From: Escherichia phage KK4
Length of the DNA: 64,000 nucleotides
Strand: one strand, 5' to 3'
Sequence record: OR327750.1
Shown: in pieces, positions 20,721 to 29,979 of the stretch
Layout: each line of letters begins with the position of its first letter
Numbering within the stretch: position 1 is the stretch's first letter
The notes under the pieces: generated by a model
What the model saw: only the letters and a program-made list of their open reading frames with translations
The model's database searches: none
What the model was told of the DNA's origin: nothing
Made by a program: the position numbers and the translations under genes

Positions 20721-22898
20721 TTAGGCCGCAAGGGCCTTCATAGTTTTAGCGATTTGGGAAACTTCATCATCACTCAAAGAGTTACGATAACCGATGAAGT
20801 CGGAAACAATACGGAATTTCTTGGTAAACTCAGCAACCATTTTATCACTATTTTTTGAAGCATTACGTGATAATTCATCAAAGAGATTAGTTACTGTCCA
20901 GATGTCATGACCGATGGTATCTTTTCCACCATTAAAATATACACCGCGCAATGAACTAACTATATTAGCGAGTCGTGTATATTCTTCAGAAACTTCATCT
21001 GTACTGAAGTACTTCATCATAAAATCTAGTTCAGGATACTTGATAATTTTATCAATATATCGTTGAGCTGAACTTGAATAACCTACGTACTTATCATAAT
21101 CTACATCATCAAAAGCATCTACATATAAATCACGCAGAGTTTCAAAAATACATTGGCACTGACCGAGTTCTTTTACCTTTTTCTGCAAAAGCGGACGAAT
21201 AACATAAAACTCATTAATGCCAATAAGATTAGCCATACGAATCAAAATATTCATAGATGGATGACAAAGAGATGTAGTACCATCCATAGAGAAAATATCA
21301 GAACGATGCATATACGCTACATACCCAGTAATTTCATCTGCTTCTGATGTGAGCGTAAATAATTCCTCTTTTTCCCAGCGCCCGTCTTTAATTTCAAACT
21401 TAAATGCTGTAGCAGCTTTAGGACGAGGAGCTTTACTTTTAACTACCTTTGGAATATAGCTTTTAACTAAAGCTTCGATTTCTGACAAATAATGAATGTT
21501 AACTTCATCACTTTCAAACATCGCCATAATATCAGGAAGCAAATCAATCTGCGATTCTACTTCTGGATTAATAAACAGAAGGCGTTCGTTGTGATGAATA
21601 TTCAAAGTGTTATTAAATTCACTATCATCTAACGCATGTGCTAATCCACGGACAATATTAACACGATTTTTAATATTATCAATAACGATATTAATTTTTG
21701 TTGCATTAATACCAAACAGACGATAACTTGATGCAACGGCTGAAGTTTCATGACTTTGCTTAATGCGCTTCAGTCGAGGGTCAAGATTTACTTCATACAC
21801 AACTCCTGCATTACATAACTTATTGTCAGGTTCAAACATGCTCTGCATCTTTTTATATGACAGATTTTTAGTCGTGAATTTGACTGAATTACTAATCATA
21901 TAATCTCGAGCAGAATATCCCATCTTCATCAATTCACGATATGTGTGACGAGGAGATGTAGATTCTTTAAATCGTTTTACATCTTCATTAAATGCTTTCT
22001 CACTGAGTTCTTTAACACGCTCAATAATATTTTTACGAGTACGATCATCTAGTGAAAGAGCTTCGCGTGATGGAGCAATATCAAGCGAACCCATTGGAAA
22101 CTTAATGTAATTCACTTCATTACGAATGCTTAGCCAGTTACGGTCTTTAATAACACCATCGATAGGATAAACAATACCGCCATAGATAGCATATAATCCA
22201 CCACGATCAGGCCAGTATCTTTCTGGATTTATGCCGTAATAATCATCAAAATCCGGAAAATAATCAATTTCGCGGTCAAGACCATTAATGATAGCCAAAT
22301 CTTTGAATGGTCGCATGATATAAGAAACTTCATAAGCAAAGTTTCTAAAGTCTTTTTCTTCAACTGGAACTACGATTTCAATACCAGTTTTATCATCTGG
22401 ACCCATTTCTTTTACGAATGTAGGTTTAATCTGTGGACCATCACCATCCATGTAAGCTACATAACCACGAATTTCACCTTTATGATACGAAGTAATACTA
22501 AATGTATCAGTATAACTAAACGGAGATTTAGAACCTAAACCAAACCCGCCAATAAAGTCATTAGATTCAGCCTTAGATGAACTGAAGTATGAATTATATA
22601 ACCCAGGAGAATTATCATCACCCTGAATATCAAAATCACTCATACCCGGACCAAAATCTCGACAAACAAATCGCGGATCTAATCGTCCTGGAACTTGTAT
22701 GATAAATTTTTCAGGATTTCCATTAAGTGCATGGGCATCAATCATATTAGTAATTAATTCACGGACTACTGCACGAATCTTGTTTGTATACAAATCAGAT
22801 GACAGAATTTTAAATACTTTAGGAGATGCTGTGATGCTAAATGCTTTTGATTTAGAACCATTGCCAAGAATTGTTTCTTTTTCAGTGGTGATAATCAT
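20721..22898 (-). CDS. rIIA: rIIA protein
   Basis: 725 aa [30 protein letters not shown]... Confidence 0.92.
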   Translation of the reverse strand: MIITTEKETILGNGSKSKAFSITASPKVFKILSSDLYTNKIRAVVRELITNMIDAHALNGNPEKFIIQVPGRLDPRFVCRDFGPGMSDFDIQGDDNSPGLYNSYFSSSKAESNDFIGGFGLGSKSPFSYTDTFSITSYHKGEIRGYVAYMDGDGPQIKPTFVKEMGPDDKTGIEIVVPVEEKDFRNFAYEVSYIMRPFKDLAIINGLDREIDYFPDFDDYYGINPERYWPDRGGLYAIYGGIVYPIDGVIKDRNWLSIRNEVNYIKFPMGSLDIAPSREALSLDDRTRKNIIERVKELSEKAFNEDVKRFKESTSPRHTYRELMKMGYSARDYMISNSVKFTTKNLSYKKMQSMFEPDNKLCNAGVVYEVNLDPRLKRIKQSHETSAVASSYRLFGINATKINIVIDNIKNRVNIVRGLAHALDDSEFNNTLNIHHNERLLFINPEVESQIDLLPDIMAMFESDEVNIHYLSEIEALVKSYIPKVVKSKAPRPKAATAFKFEIKDGRWEKEELFTLTSEADEITGYVAYMHRSDIFSMDGTTSLCHPSMNILIRMANLIGINEFYVIRPLLQKKVKELGQCQCIFETLRDLYVDAFDDVDYDKYVGYSSSAQRYIDKIIKYPELDFMMKYFSTDEVSEEYTRLANIVSSLRGVYFNGGKDTIGHDIWTVTNLFDELSRNASKNSDKMVAEFTKKFRIVSDFIGYRNSLSDDEVSQIAKTMKALAA

Positions 22899-22908
22899 AA
22901 TTTCCTCA

Positions 22909-23112
22909 TTAATTCATATTACGCTTAATAACTTCAGCAACTTCTAGTAGTTCATCTTTAGTTGCAGTGTCGGATTGAATTTTATCTCTAATATCTTTAA
23001 AGCGGTTTTTAAATTCTTCGGCTTCTCCCATATCGAAAAAGCGTTGAATGATTCTATATTCTCGATGAACTGCTTTATCAAAAAGTTCTAAATTTACTTT
23101 ATATGATTTCAT
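22909..23112 (-). CDS. hypothetical protein (67 aa), rIIA.1 position
   Basis: track ORF, ATG start. Confidence 0.55.
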   Translation of the reverse strand: MKSYKVNLELFDKAVHREYRIIQRFFDMGEAEEFKNRFKDIRDKIQSDTATKDELLEVAEVIKRNMN

Positions 23113-23130
23113 TTCAATATCCTCATTTGC

Positions 23131-23167
23131 CCAATTAATTATACCACATCCTTGTGGTAAAGTAAAC
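23131..23167 (-). promoter_or_regulatory. early promoter with stem-loop in spacer upstream of rIIA.1-rIIA
   Basis: revcomp GTTTAC 23162-23167, TATAAT 23131-23136, ACCAC..GTGGT stem. Confidence 0.45.
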
Positions 23168-24984
23168 TACTGGCTCATCCATTCTTTACGAAGGTCAGCA
23201 TTATCTCCCATGAGCATTTCAAAAAGCTCTTTCCAGTTCTCAGGAAGTTTAACAACATCATATACTGGATTTTGAATCATCTCACGATATTCAGATTTTT
23301 CCAAAGAGCCAAGTCCTTTAATATAACGGATGCTATGTTTAGGTAGAGCATCTTTGGCACTCTCATATTCAGCGACTGTATAAAACCATTCTTGTTTTTT
23401 ACCGACCTGAGCGATGATTACAGGAGTTTTGACAAAGCGAATTCTTCCTTGCTCAAACAATTCTGGCCAATTACTAAAAAATCCGAGCAGAGAAGGATAA
23501 ATGCTTCCTAGACCATCATGGTCAGCATCAGTCATAATAGCGATATTATGATAATTCAAGTTTTCGGCTTTTTCACCAAGAACTAATCCAGTGATTGCGC
23601 AAATATCAAACAGTTCTTTGTTTTTAAGCATATCAGCATATGACATACCCCAGCTGTTAAGAACTTTACCGCGTAATGGATAACCACCATGAAGTTCTTT
23701 ATCACGAACATCAATAAGATATCCGATAGCCGAATCACCCTCAGTTAAGAATAATGTAGTATCAGCATCTTTACCGCAAAGATTCGCTTTGATATGTTTA
23801 TGAACCTTAGCTTTAGAAGCCTTTTTAGCTGCTTTAGTTTCTGCTGCTTTTTCTGCCGCCAATTTACGAGCCAAAGCAGCTTCAATAATCGGCATTAGAA
23901 TTGCTTCATTATTTAGAATAGCACGTGAAATCTTTTTAGCATCAAGCTGAATATGACTACGGATTTCACCAAATGGAGAAGTCAAACGCTCTTTAGTTTG
24001 AGAATCAAATCGCATGTTTTTCATATCACGGACAAACATAACGATAGTCAAACATTCTTTAACGCGTGCTTTAGTCACATCAATTTTGAACTTACGTTTG
24101 ATTTGTGGAATAAGGTCTTCACAAATATCATCCATAACACAGTCAATGTGATGGCCACCATTCTTAGTGTGAATGTTATTAACATAAGTTAATTGACGAA
24201 AACCATCCGGTGAACGACCAACCGCAATAGAACAATTTTCTTGTTCTTGAACAATAGCATGTTCATCATACTGTCGTGCATATTTCTTAAAATTGCCCTG
24301 AACCTTTTTACCATTAAAGGTAAATTGAATATCAGGATAAACTACCGCAAGTGTCTGGAGACGATCTAGTGTAATGTCAAGATAAACTTGGGACAGCTCA
24401 TTAGTTTCAAATGACATAAAATCAGGAATGAAAGTAACACGAGTTCCTTTCCATTTTCCAGGAATATCTTCCCATGATTTATTTTCCATGCCGTTTGAAC
24501 AACGAACTACAATATTATTTTGACCATCGCCAGTTTCACCGACAAACATCACAGAAAAAATGTTAGTTAAACTAGAACCAACACCATTCATACCGCCAGT
24601 GACGCGCTCTTTGTCATCACCAAAGTTACCACCTGCTTTTGGAATAGTCCACGCAGCAACAGGACCAGGAATTTCTTCACCGGTAGGTGTCTTAACCATC
24701 GCTTGTGGAATACCACGACCGTTATCTTCAACTGTTACTTGATTGTTTTTAATAGTAACATTAATTTTATTTGCGAATTTAAACTTAGTACGAATACCTT
24801 CATCTACTGAGTTATCGATAATTTCATCAATAAGCTTAACAAGACCAGGTACATACTGAACACTTTCCCATTTACCAAACAGAAAGCGCTCATGCATTTC
24901 ATTAGCTGAAGAGCCAATGTACATGCCGCTACGCTTTTTGATATGTTCAATATCGCTCAGAATTTTAATTTCATTCTTAATCAT
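23167..24984 (-). CDS. 39: DNA topoisomerase II large subunit, uninterrupted gene 39 (39+60 equivalent)
   Basis: 605 aa single ORF MIKNEIKILSDIEHIKKRSGMYIGSS... through the C-terminal region that T4 encodes in gene 60. Confidence 0.92.
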   Translation of the reverse strand: MIKNEIKILSDIEHIKKRSGMYIGSSANEMHERFLFGKWESVQYVPGLVKLIDEIIDNSVDEGIRTKFKFANKINVTIKNNQVTVEDNGRGIPQAMVKTPTGEEIPGPVAAWTIPKAGGNFGDDKERVTGGMNGVGSSLTNIFSVMFVGETGDGQNNIVVRCSNGMENKSWEDIPGKWKGTRVTFIPDFMSFETNELSQVYLDITLDRLQTLAVVYPDIQFTFNGKKVQGNFKKYARQYDEHAIVQEQENCSIAVGRSPDGFRQLTYVNNIHTKNGGHHIDCVMDDICEDLIPQIKRKFKIDVTKARVKECLTIVMFVRDMKNMRFDSQTKERLTSPFGEIRSHIQLDAKKISRAILNNEAILMPIIEAALARKLAAEKAAETKAAKKASKAKVHKHIKANLCGKDADTTLFLTEGDSAIGYLIDVRDKELHGGYPLRGKVLNSWGMSYADMLKNKELFDICAITGLVLGEKAENLNYHNIAIMTDADHDGLGSIYPSLLGFFSNWPELFEQGRIRFVKTPVIIAQVGKKQEWFYTVAEYESAKDALPKHSIRYIKGLGSLEKSEYREMIQNPVYDVVKLPENWKELFEMLMGDNADLRKEWMSQ

Positions 24985-25037
24985 CACTTATCCTCGTTTG
25001 GTTTCGGGAATATTATACTCCGGTAATCATAAAGCTA

Positions 25038-25055
25038 AAGGCCCGAAGGCCTTTT
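25038..25055 (-). other. CUUCGG RNA hairpin upstream of gene 39
   Basis: AAAGGCC-UUCG-GGCCUUU overlapping stop of lipoprotein ORF. Confidence 0.45.
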
Positions 25056-25314
25056 ATTTAAAACGGATAGTCGAATCCTTAAAGAACAGCCCAGAACACA
25101 CGGTTCCTTCTACTTTCTGCCCGGTAGGTCCAATAGCACGAAATCCAGTATGTTGGAAATCATTTTCAGAGCAACCGAACCAGTTATATCCAGTGATTTC
25201 AATATTAGTAAAACCACTTGAAGACAAAACTTTGGTTGCATTATCAGCATCAGTACATCCTACTAAAGACACTACTAATACTAATGCTGCGATAGAACGA
25301 TTAATATATTTCAT
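25054..25314 (-). CDS. putative lipoprotein (86 aa)
   Basis: signal peptide with lipobox LVGC (MKYINRSIAALVLVVSLVGC). Confidence 0.55.
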   Translation of the reverse strand: MKYINRSIAALVLVVSLVGCTDADNATKVLSSSGFTNIEITGYNWFGCSENDFQHTGFRAIGPTGQKVEGTVCSGLFFKDSTIRFK

Positions 25315-25318
25315 AATT

Positions 25319-25690
25319 TCACTTAAATTTAATGGCTTGAAGGAGACTAATAATTCTCAAGCGACTTCCTTCATCTTTAACTGTAAAAGAAAGAGGGTCA
25401 CCAGATTTCATAGTGATAGTGCATTCAAAAGCAAAACCTTCGGGAACTTCTTCGAAGAAGTCAAATTCTTCATCATAAATTAGAACATTACTCTGAAAAC
25501 TGTGAAGAATTTTTCCGTCATTTCCAGATGCTGTACTAATCATTGTAACATTATTACCTTTCATATCTTCAACGATAAATTCGCTTGTAGATATTACAGC
25601 ATTAATAGAACCATTCCTATAAATAGCAGAAAATAGATATTTCTTTTCTTCACCTTCGCGAATGCGATATTTCTTACCGATTTTAAACAT
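25319..25690 (-). CDS. hypothetical protein (123 aa)
   Basis: track ORF, ATG start. Confidence 0.5.
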   Translation of the reverse strand: MFKIGKKYRIREGEEKKYLFSAIYRNGSINAVISTSEFIVEDMKGNNVTMISTASGNDGKILHSFQSNVLIYDEEFDFFEEVPEGFAFECTITMKSGDPLSFTVKDEGSRLRIISLLQAIKFK

Positions 25691-25692
25691 AA

Positions 25693-25869
25693 TTACCCTT
25701 TAAGTAAGTCGTAAAATCCACCATTCACATGCTTAGGAGCGGAAACTAACCGAATAGCAATCCGATGACAATCAGGACATACATCAGTATCCCTTTCAGA
25801 AATTTTCTTGATTTTTTCGTATTCTTTTGCACAGTCTTTGGATTGGCATTTATAATCATAAAGCGGCAT
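25693..25869 (-). CDS. FmdB-like zinc-ribbon protein (58 aa)
   Basis: hand-translated MPLYDYKCQSKDCAKEYEKIKKISERDTDVCPDCHR...; two CxxC pairs. Confidence 0.45.
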   Translation of the reverse strand: MPLYDYKCQSKDCAKEYEKIKKISERDTDVCPDCHRIAIRLVSAPKHVNGGFYDLLKG

Positions 25870-25871
25870 AA

Positions 25872-26120
25872 TTATTCCTTAAAGTGAGCTTTCAACATCT
25901 GATACAAGGACCATGCCTGTTCATTATTTTCAATAGTAACTTTCATGACCGGGAATTCTGTGAAATCTTCTATTTGTTCTTGCTCTTCCGGCTCTTCAGC
26001 TGTCTGGTATAAAGTTTCCACTTCATCAAAGAACCCAGCTTCACTTTTTGAAAGCCAAATAAAGTCTTCATCCAAAACATCTTTATCAGGAGATAGTACT
26101 AAATTTCCAGTAGATGACAA
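25872..26120 (-). CDS. acidic hypothetical protein (82 aa), start uncertain
   Basis: track ORF begins at TTG without SD. Confidence 0.4.
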   Translation of the reverse strand: MSSTGNLVLSPDKDVLDEDFIWLSKSEAGFFDEVETLYQTAEEPEEQEQIEDFTEFPVMKVTIENNEQAWSLYQMLKAHFKE

Positions 26121-26287
26121 AATTTTAGATGTGGACGCCCAAGAGCGTCCACATCTAAAATTTTAAAAGGTTCCATACCTAAACGCCGCGCATAGATTCC
26201 GTTATCAGTATGGTCTTTAATAAAAGATTCTTGAGCTTGTTTATTTTTGAATTGATACCATTTATTAACTTCAAATTTAATAGCCAT
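26099..26287 (-). CDS. hypothetical protein (62 aa)
   Basis: ATG with AGGAAA SD; 3' end contains 28-bp palindrome. Confidence 0.45.
   Translation of the reverse strand: MAIKFEVNKWYQFKNKQAQESFIKDHTDNGIYARRLGMEPFKILDVDALGRPHLKFCHLLEI
26133..26160. repeat. perfect 11-bp-arm inverted repeat (hairpin) GATGTGGACGC-CCAAGA-GCGTCCACATC
   Basis: read directly; followed by T/A-rich tract on both strands. Confidence 0.6.
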
Positions 26288-26502
26288 TAATAAATTTCCT
26301 TCCAGTAAGTTGTGCCATCTTCAGTAATTTCACGAAATACACCGTAAATTGGCTGTTTATCGCCAACCTTTTCATACACATAAACCGAAGTCAAGTGAGT
26401 AAACTTAACGGTGTGTTCCTTTTGAACTACTACCAAATCTGGATCGAATAATACATCTTCAAATTCGTCATTAGTGCAATTCTGAACAATTTTACGTTTC
26501 AT
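26287..26502 (-). CDS. hypothetical protein (71 aa)
   Basis: track ORF, ATG start. Confidence 0.45.
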   Translation of the reverse strand: MKRKIVQNCTNDEFEDVLFDPDLVVVQKEHTVKFTHLTSVYVYEKVGDKQPIYGVFREITEDGTTYWKEIY

Positions 26503-26515
26503 TACAATTTCCTCA

Positions 26516-26785
26516 TTAATTGAACAGTGGAGCGATGCGTTTCAGAAGAGTAGCAGCACCTTTAGCGAATTTTACATCATGAAAAACGGTTTCTTCTTCC
26601 GTTACAACACGAGCTTTAATGTTTTCACAATCCCAATTTTTACGAACAATCTTCAAAAGCTGCAGTAAATCTTTGCATTCAGCAATATCGATAACACATC
26701 CACGAGAATCTTCCATTATCGCACGATAACCGTAAGCCATACCGTAATCGTTGAAAGATTGTTCGATGATAATTAAGTTTTCCAT
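26516..26785 (-). CDS. hypothetical protein (89 aa)
   Basis: ATG at 26783-26785 with GGAGA SD. Confidence 0.5.
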   Translation of the reverse strand: MENLIIIEQSFNDYGMAYGYRAIMEDSRGCVIDIAECKDLLQLLKIVRKNWDCENIKARVVTEEETVFHDVKFAKGAATLLKRIAPLFN

Positions 26786-26882
26786 TTTATTCTCCAAGTT
26801 GTTTTCTGTATCAGTAGTTGATATTGATATAGTACCATAATCAACTACTGATGTATATAGTTTTATGAAAAAAATTTAAACT

Positions 26883-27380
26883 TTATGCATAGCGGGCTTT
26901 ACTATAGTGTTTAATCCAACTTTCAGGAATGACTTTGTATGTTCCTAAAAATACTGCGTTGTACAACTTAACGCCATCTTCTACCCACTGATCAGTAATG
27001 TATGCACACATAGCGCGAGTATGGTATTTTTGAACAACCCCTTCCTCATCTTCAGTAAATTCGAATTCATAAGGAGCAACGAACTTAATAGCTTGACCGA
27101 GTTTCCACTTAAAGTCTACGCCTACATGCGAAGTATCAATCGTTTCAATTCCTTTAGCAGGAACAGCTTTCAAAAACGCAGACTCAAGAAATTTCGCACG
27201 AACATAGCCAAACTGGGGTTTAGACTTTCCATCTTTAGGAATGATACGCACTTTTACTTCAGAATCTTCATCTTTAACACCGTGTTTAAGCTGAATGCTT
27301 ACAATTTCAACCAATTTTCCTGCTGCTTTAGAACGGGATTTATCAGATACACGAGCAATTTCACCAATATTAATAATCAT
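26883..27380 (-). CDS. hypothetical protein (165 aa), paralogue of 27457-27996; possibly the MotB homologue
   Basis: C-terminal ITDQWVEDGVKLYNAVFLG...VIP shared with next gene. Confidence 0.55.
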   Translation of the reverse strand: MIINIGEIARVSDKSRSKAAGKLVEIVSIQLKHGVKDEDSEVKVRIIPKDGKSKPQFGYVRAKFLESAFLKAVPAKGIETIDTSHVGVDFKWKLGQAIKFVAPYEFEFTEDEEGVVQKYHTRAMCAYITDQWVEDGVKLYNAVFLGTYKVIPESWIKHYSKARYA

Positions 27381-27424
27381 AGTTATCTCTCACTTGTTAA
27401 AAAGATTTTATACTCCACAGGACC

Positions 27425-27454
27425 ATTATACTCTGGTCCCAAGAGTTTGTAAAC
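27425..27454 (-). promoter_or_regulatory. early promoter with stem-loop in spacer
   Basis: revcomp GTTTAC 27449-27454, TATAAT 27425-27430, GGACCA..TGGTCC stem. Confidence 0.5.
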
Positions 27455-27456
27455 TA

Positions 27457-27996
27457 TTAATTCAAAATAGCTACTACTGCACTACGAGGTACTACGCTAA
27501 AATCACCTGCATGAACAACGTTCAGGAGTTCAACGCCATCTTCAATCCACTGGTCTGTTACCCAACCACAGACCGAAATAAATGGTGTCTTGATAGCTAC
27601 TGCACGAGTCAAAAGGTCAGTAGGATCAACTTCTTTGAAGAGGATAAGCTCTGCTTCAAAGACTATAGTTTTAATTACTTCATCATTATCTAAGCGATGT
27701 GCTCGAATCACGTAAGCTTTATTCTTATCATACCAATTACTTTTTGAAAAACTTTTAACCACAAACTCGCCTTCACCAAAAACACTAGTCAATGCTTTAT
27801 AACCCAAATCTAGTTCAGTAGTTTTAATTTCAGTTTCAACCAGTTTGTAGATTTTGCCGATTTCAATAGCGGTAGTCATAGTAGGTTCCTTAATTTCCAG
27901 TGGTTTAACAGGGCATACATAAGTGCTTACAACATCAAAATCAATCAGTTTAGCTACCGGATTTGGTGTGTATTCAGGATTATAATTAAATTTCAT
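27457..27996 (-). CDS. hypothetical protein (179 aa), paralogue of 26883-27380
   Basis: C-terminal VTDQWIEDGVELLNVVHAGDFSVVP. Confidence 0.55.
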   Translation of the reverse strand: MKFNYNPEYTPNPVAKLIDFDVVSTYVCPVKPLEIKEPTMTTAIEIGKIYKLVETEIKTTELDLGYKALTSVFGEGEFVVKSFSKSNWYDKNKAYVIRAHRLDNDEVIKTIVFEAELILFKEVDPTDLLTRAVAIKTPFISVCGWVTDQWIEDGVELLNVVHAGDFSVVPRSAVVAILN

Positions 27997-27999
27997 AAT

Positions 28000-28499
28000 T
28001 ATCTCATTTCAATAAAATCTATAAGTTCAGCATGGGATTTACGGAACATTACTTGATGTCCGCCAATGATAACTTGGTCATCTGGCACTTCGTATACAGC
28101 AAGATAAAATCCTTTAGAAGATAATTCTTCACGCTCTTCTCGTGTGAACCATCTCATCATATCATATTCACTAGCGAAAGCAAAATGATAAAGAGCTATA
28201 AACCATCCTGGAATATGATATTCTACTCCAACATAATCTTTCTTGAACTTAGTATTAATTACTATATTAGCGTTTTTAACTAACAGTTTATCTTCATGTG
28301 GTACAGGAATTCTTTTATTATCATCACTATGATGCATAAAATTAGGTCTACTATAACCTACCCGTAATAGCCACTCTTCGCTCCATGAATCTATTATACT
28401 CCTGTACGGCGTTATTTGAACACAAAGATTTCGACGTATTGTTATAGCATCTTCATAATTAAGAATACTAAAAGATGATTCAACACGATAAATTTTCAT
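28000..28499 (-). CDS. hypothetical protein (166 aa)
   Basis: ATG at 28497-28499 with GAGGA SD. Confidence 0.5.
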
Positions 28500-28526
28500 T
28501 TTATTATCCTCAGTAGCTATGGTGTT

Positions 28527-28556
28527 ATAATACCACAACTAACCGAGGAAGTAAAC
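28527..28556 (-). promoter_or_regulatory. early promoter
   Basis: revcomp GTTTAC 28551-28556, TATTAT 28527-28532. Confidence 0.45.
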
Positions 28557-28562
28557 AACTTT

Positions 28563-29246
28563 TTATCGTTTTGTTGGAAGAGATAGAGGATCGCAATCTT
28601 CCTCTGATGGAGCATCTTCAAGACCCATAGCATATCGCAAAGCGTACTTCATCATCAGGATGTCTTTCGCACAGTCATGAATAGAATCATGCGCAACGAA
28701 TCCATCTAAAGTTCCTTTTGGAAGAGGACACGTGGTCATATCACGAACAAGCAGAAGTGCTTCAATTCTGGTACGAATATCACGCTGATTCCAGAATTTA
28801 CATGGTTCTAACTTAAATGTGTCAAGTTCATTCTCAGAAACACCATTAAGACGTTGAATATCACGAATGAGATCGACTAAAATTGGAAAATCAAACGACA
28901 TTCCACGGCACCAGCCTTGAGATTTCCAAGGATCGATATTATGTGCATTGATGTAATCATTAAATTTCGCAATACCGTCGATAGTGCTTACATCTTCATC
29001 GGACGGTGCAATATTTTTTCGAGCTTCAGGAGACTGATTTTTCCACCATTCGATAGTGCTTTTAGTAAAAAGACGATGTCCTTTTTGGCTTTTTAAATCA
29101 AATTTGATTTTAATGCCGCGTGAAACTAATTCATCAAATGTTTCAACTACTTCTGGGTTAGGGTCAAAAGCAATTACAGCTAAATCAATAACAGCTGCTT
29201 TTTCACCACTTCCCATTGTTTCAAAATCTATAATAAAATCAAACAT
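28563..29246 (-). CDS. dexA: exonuclease A DexA
   Basis: 227 aa MFDFIIDFETMGSGEKAAVIDLAVIAFD... Confidence 0.9.
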   Translation of the reverse strand: MFDFIIDFETMGSGEKAAVIDLAVIAFDPNPEVVETFDELVSRGIKIKFDLKSQKGHRLFTKSTIEWWKNQSPEARKNIAPSDEDVSTIDGIAKFNDYINAHNIDPWKSQGWCRGMSFDFPILVDLIRDIQRLNGVSENELDTFKLEPCKFWNQRDIRTRIEALLLVRDMTTCPLPKGTLDGFVAHDSIHDCAKDILMMKYALRYAMGLEDAPSEEDCDPLSLPTKR

Positions 29247-29521
29247 TAAATTTTCCTCGCTAAATCGCGAATTTGGCCTACAGTATAGTCTTGAATATAA
29301 ACTTTATTAATAGGTTCATCAATAAATTTTGCCATAGATTCAATATCTTTTTGCATCTCTTCAAGACTGTATATTATCTTTAAAGCTTTTTCGCGAATAG
29401 TAATATTTTCAGGACCAGAATTTTTCTCAATGACAGCTTTAACATTTGTCATAAGAGATTTAAACTGACACCAACTTAATTCAATCATTAATAATCGCCT
29501 TATAAAGATAGCTAATTTCAC
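29246..29521 (-). CDS. hypothetical protein (about 80-91 aa), start uncertain
   Basis: track ORF begins at GTG; internal ATG at 29488. Confidence 0.4.
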   Translation of the reverse strand: MKLAIFIRRLLMIELSWCQFKSLMTNVKAVIEKNSGPENITIREKALKIIYSLEEMQKDIESMAKFIDEPINKVYIQDYTVGQIRDLARKI

Positions 29522-29741
29522 CTAAAACATAATCACTGATTGTGACAGTTTTCACTTCACCACAAAAGAATTCTAACGCAATTAAATCTCGTTCAATTTC
29601 TTCTAATTGAAGCATCAACTTACTAGATTCAATTTTTACAGTTTCACGATTTTTACTATAAGCTATTTCATAAATTTCGCTCACTTTATCTTGAAGCAGA
29701 TAAAACTGGTCTTTAGTTATTTCCACGAATAGCTTCCTCAA
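29481..29741 (-). CDS. hypothetical protein (86 aa), start uncertain
   Basis: track ORF begins at TTG, no clear SD. Confidence 0.35.
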   Translation of the reverse strand: MRKLFVEITKDQFYLLQDKVSEIYEIAYSKNRETVKIESSKLMLQLEEIERDLIALEFFCGEVKTVTISDYVLGEISYLYKAIIND

Positions 29742-29973
29742 ATTTAATTAGTAATTTACAGACACTTTCATCTAGTGTAATTACCGTATCTGTATTACTG
29801 TGATATGATTGTTTTTCAATTCGTTTAATTGCTAATATAGTATCACTTATAAGATAAAGCTTATGAAGGAGCTCAGCTCCTGTTACCATAACATCGAGAT
29901 TATCTTGCTTATTAGTATGCTTCCTTATACCATCTATTAGACGATTTAAATATTTTGAATTGATGTTAATCAT
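29713..29973 (-). CDS. hypothetical protein (86 aa)
   Basis: ATG with GAGGA SD directly downstream of dda stop. Confidence 0.5.
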   Translation of the reverse strand: MININSKYLNRLIDGIRKHTNKQDNLDVMVTGAELLHKLYLISDTILAIKRIEKQSYHSNTDTVITLDESVCKLLIKFEEAIRGNN

Positions 29974-29979
29974 ATATCC

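Noticed and set aside
23167-24984. Looked for the gene 60 translational bypass or an intron/homing endonuclease in gene 39
   Set aside because: The ORF is continuous with no gap and no inserted ORF.
24917-25483. 188-aa + strand ORF spanning the gene 39 start and the lipoprotein gene
   Set aside because: Antisense to two - strand genes and crosses an RNA hairpin; no late promoter or SD.
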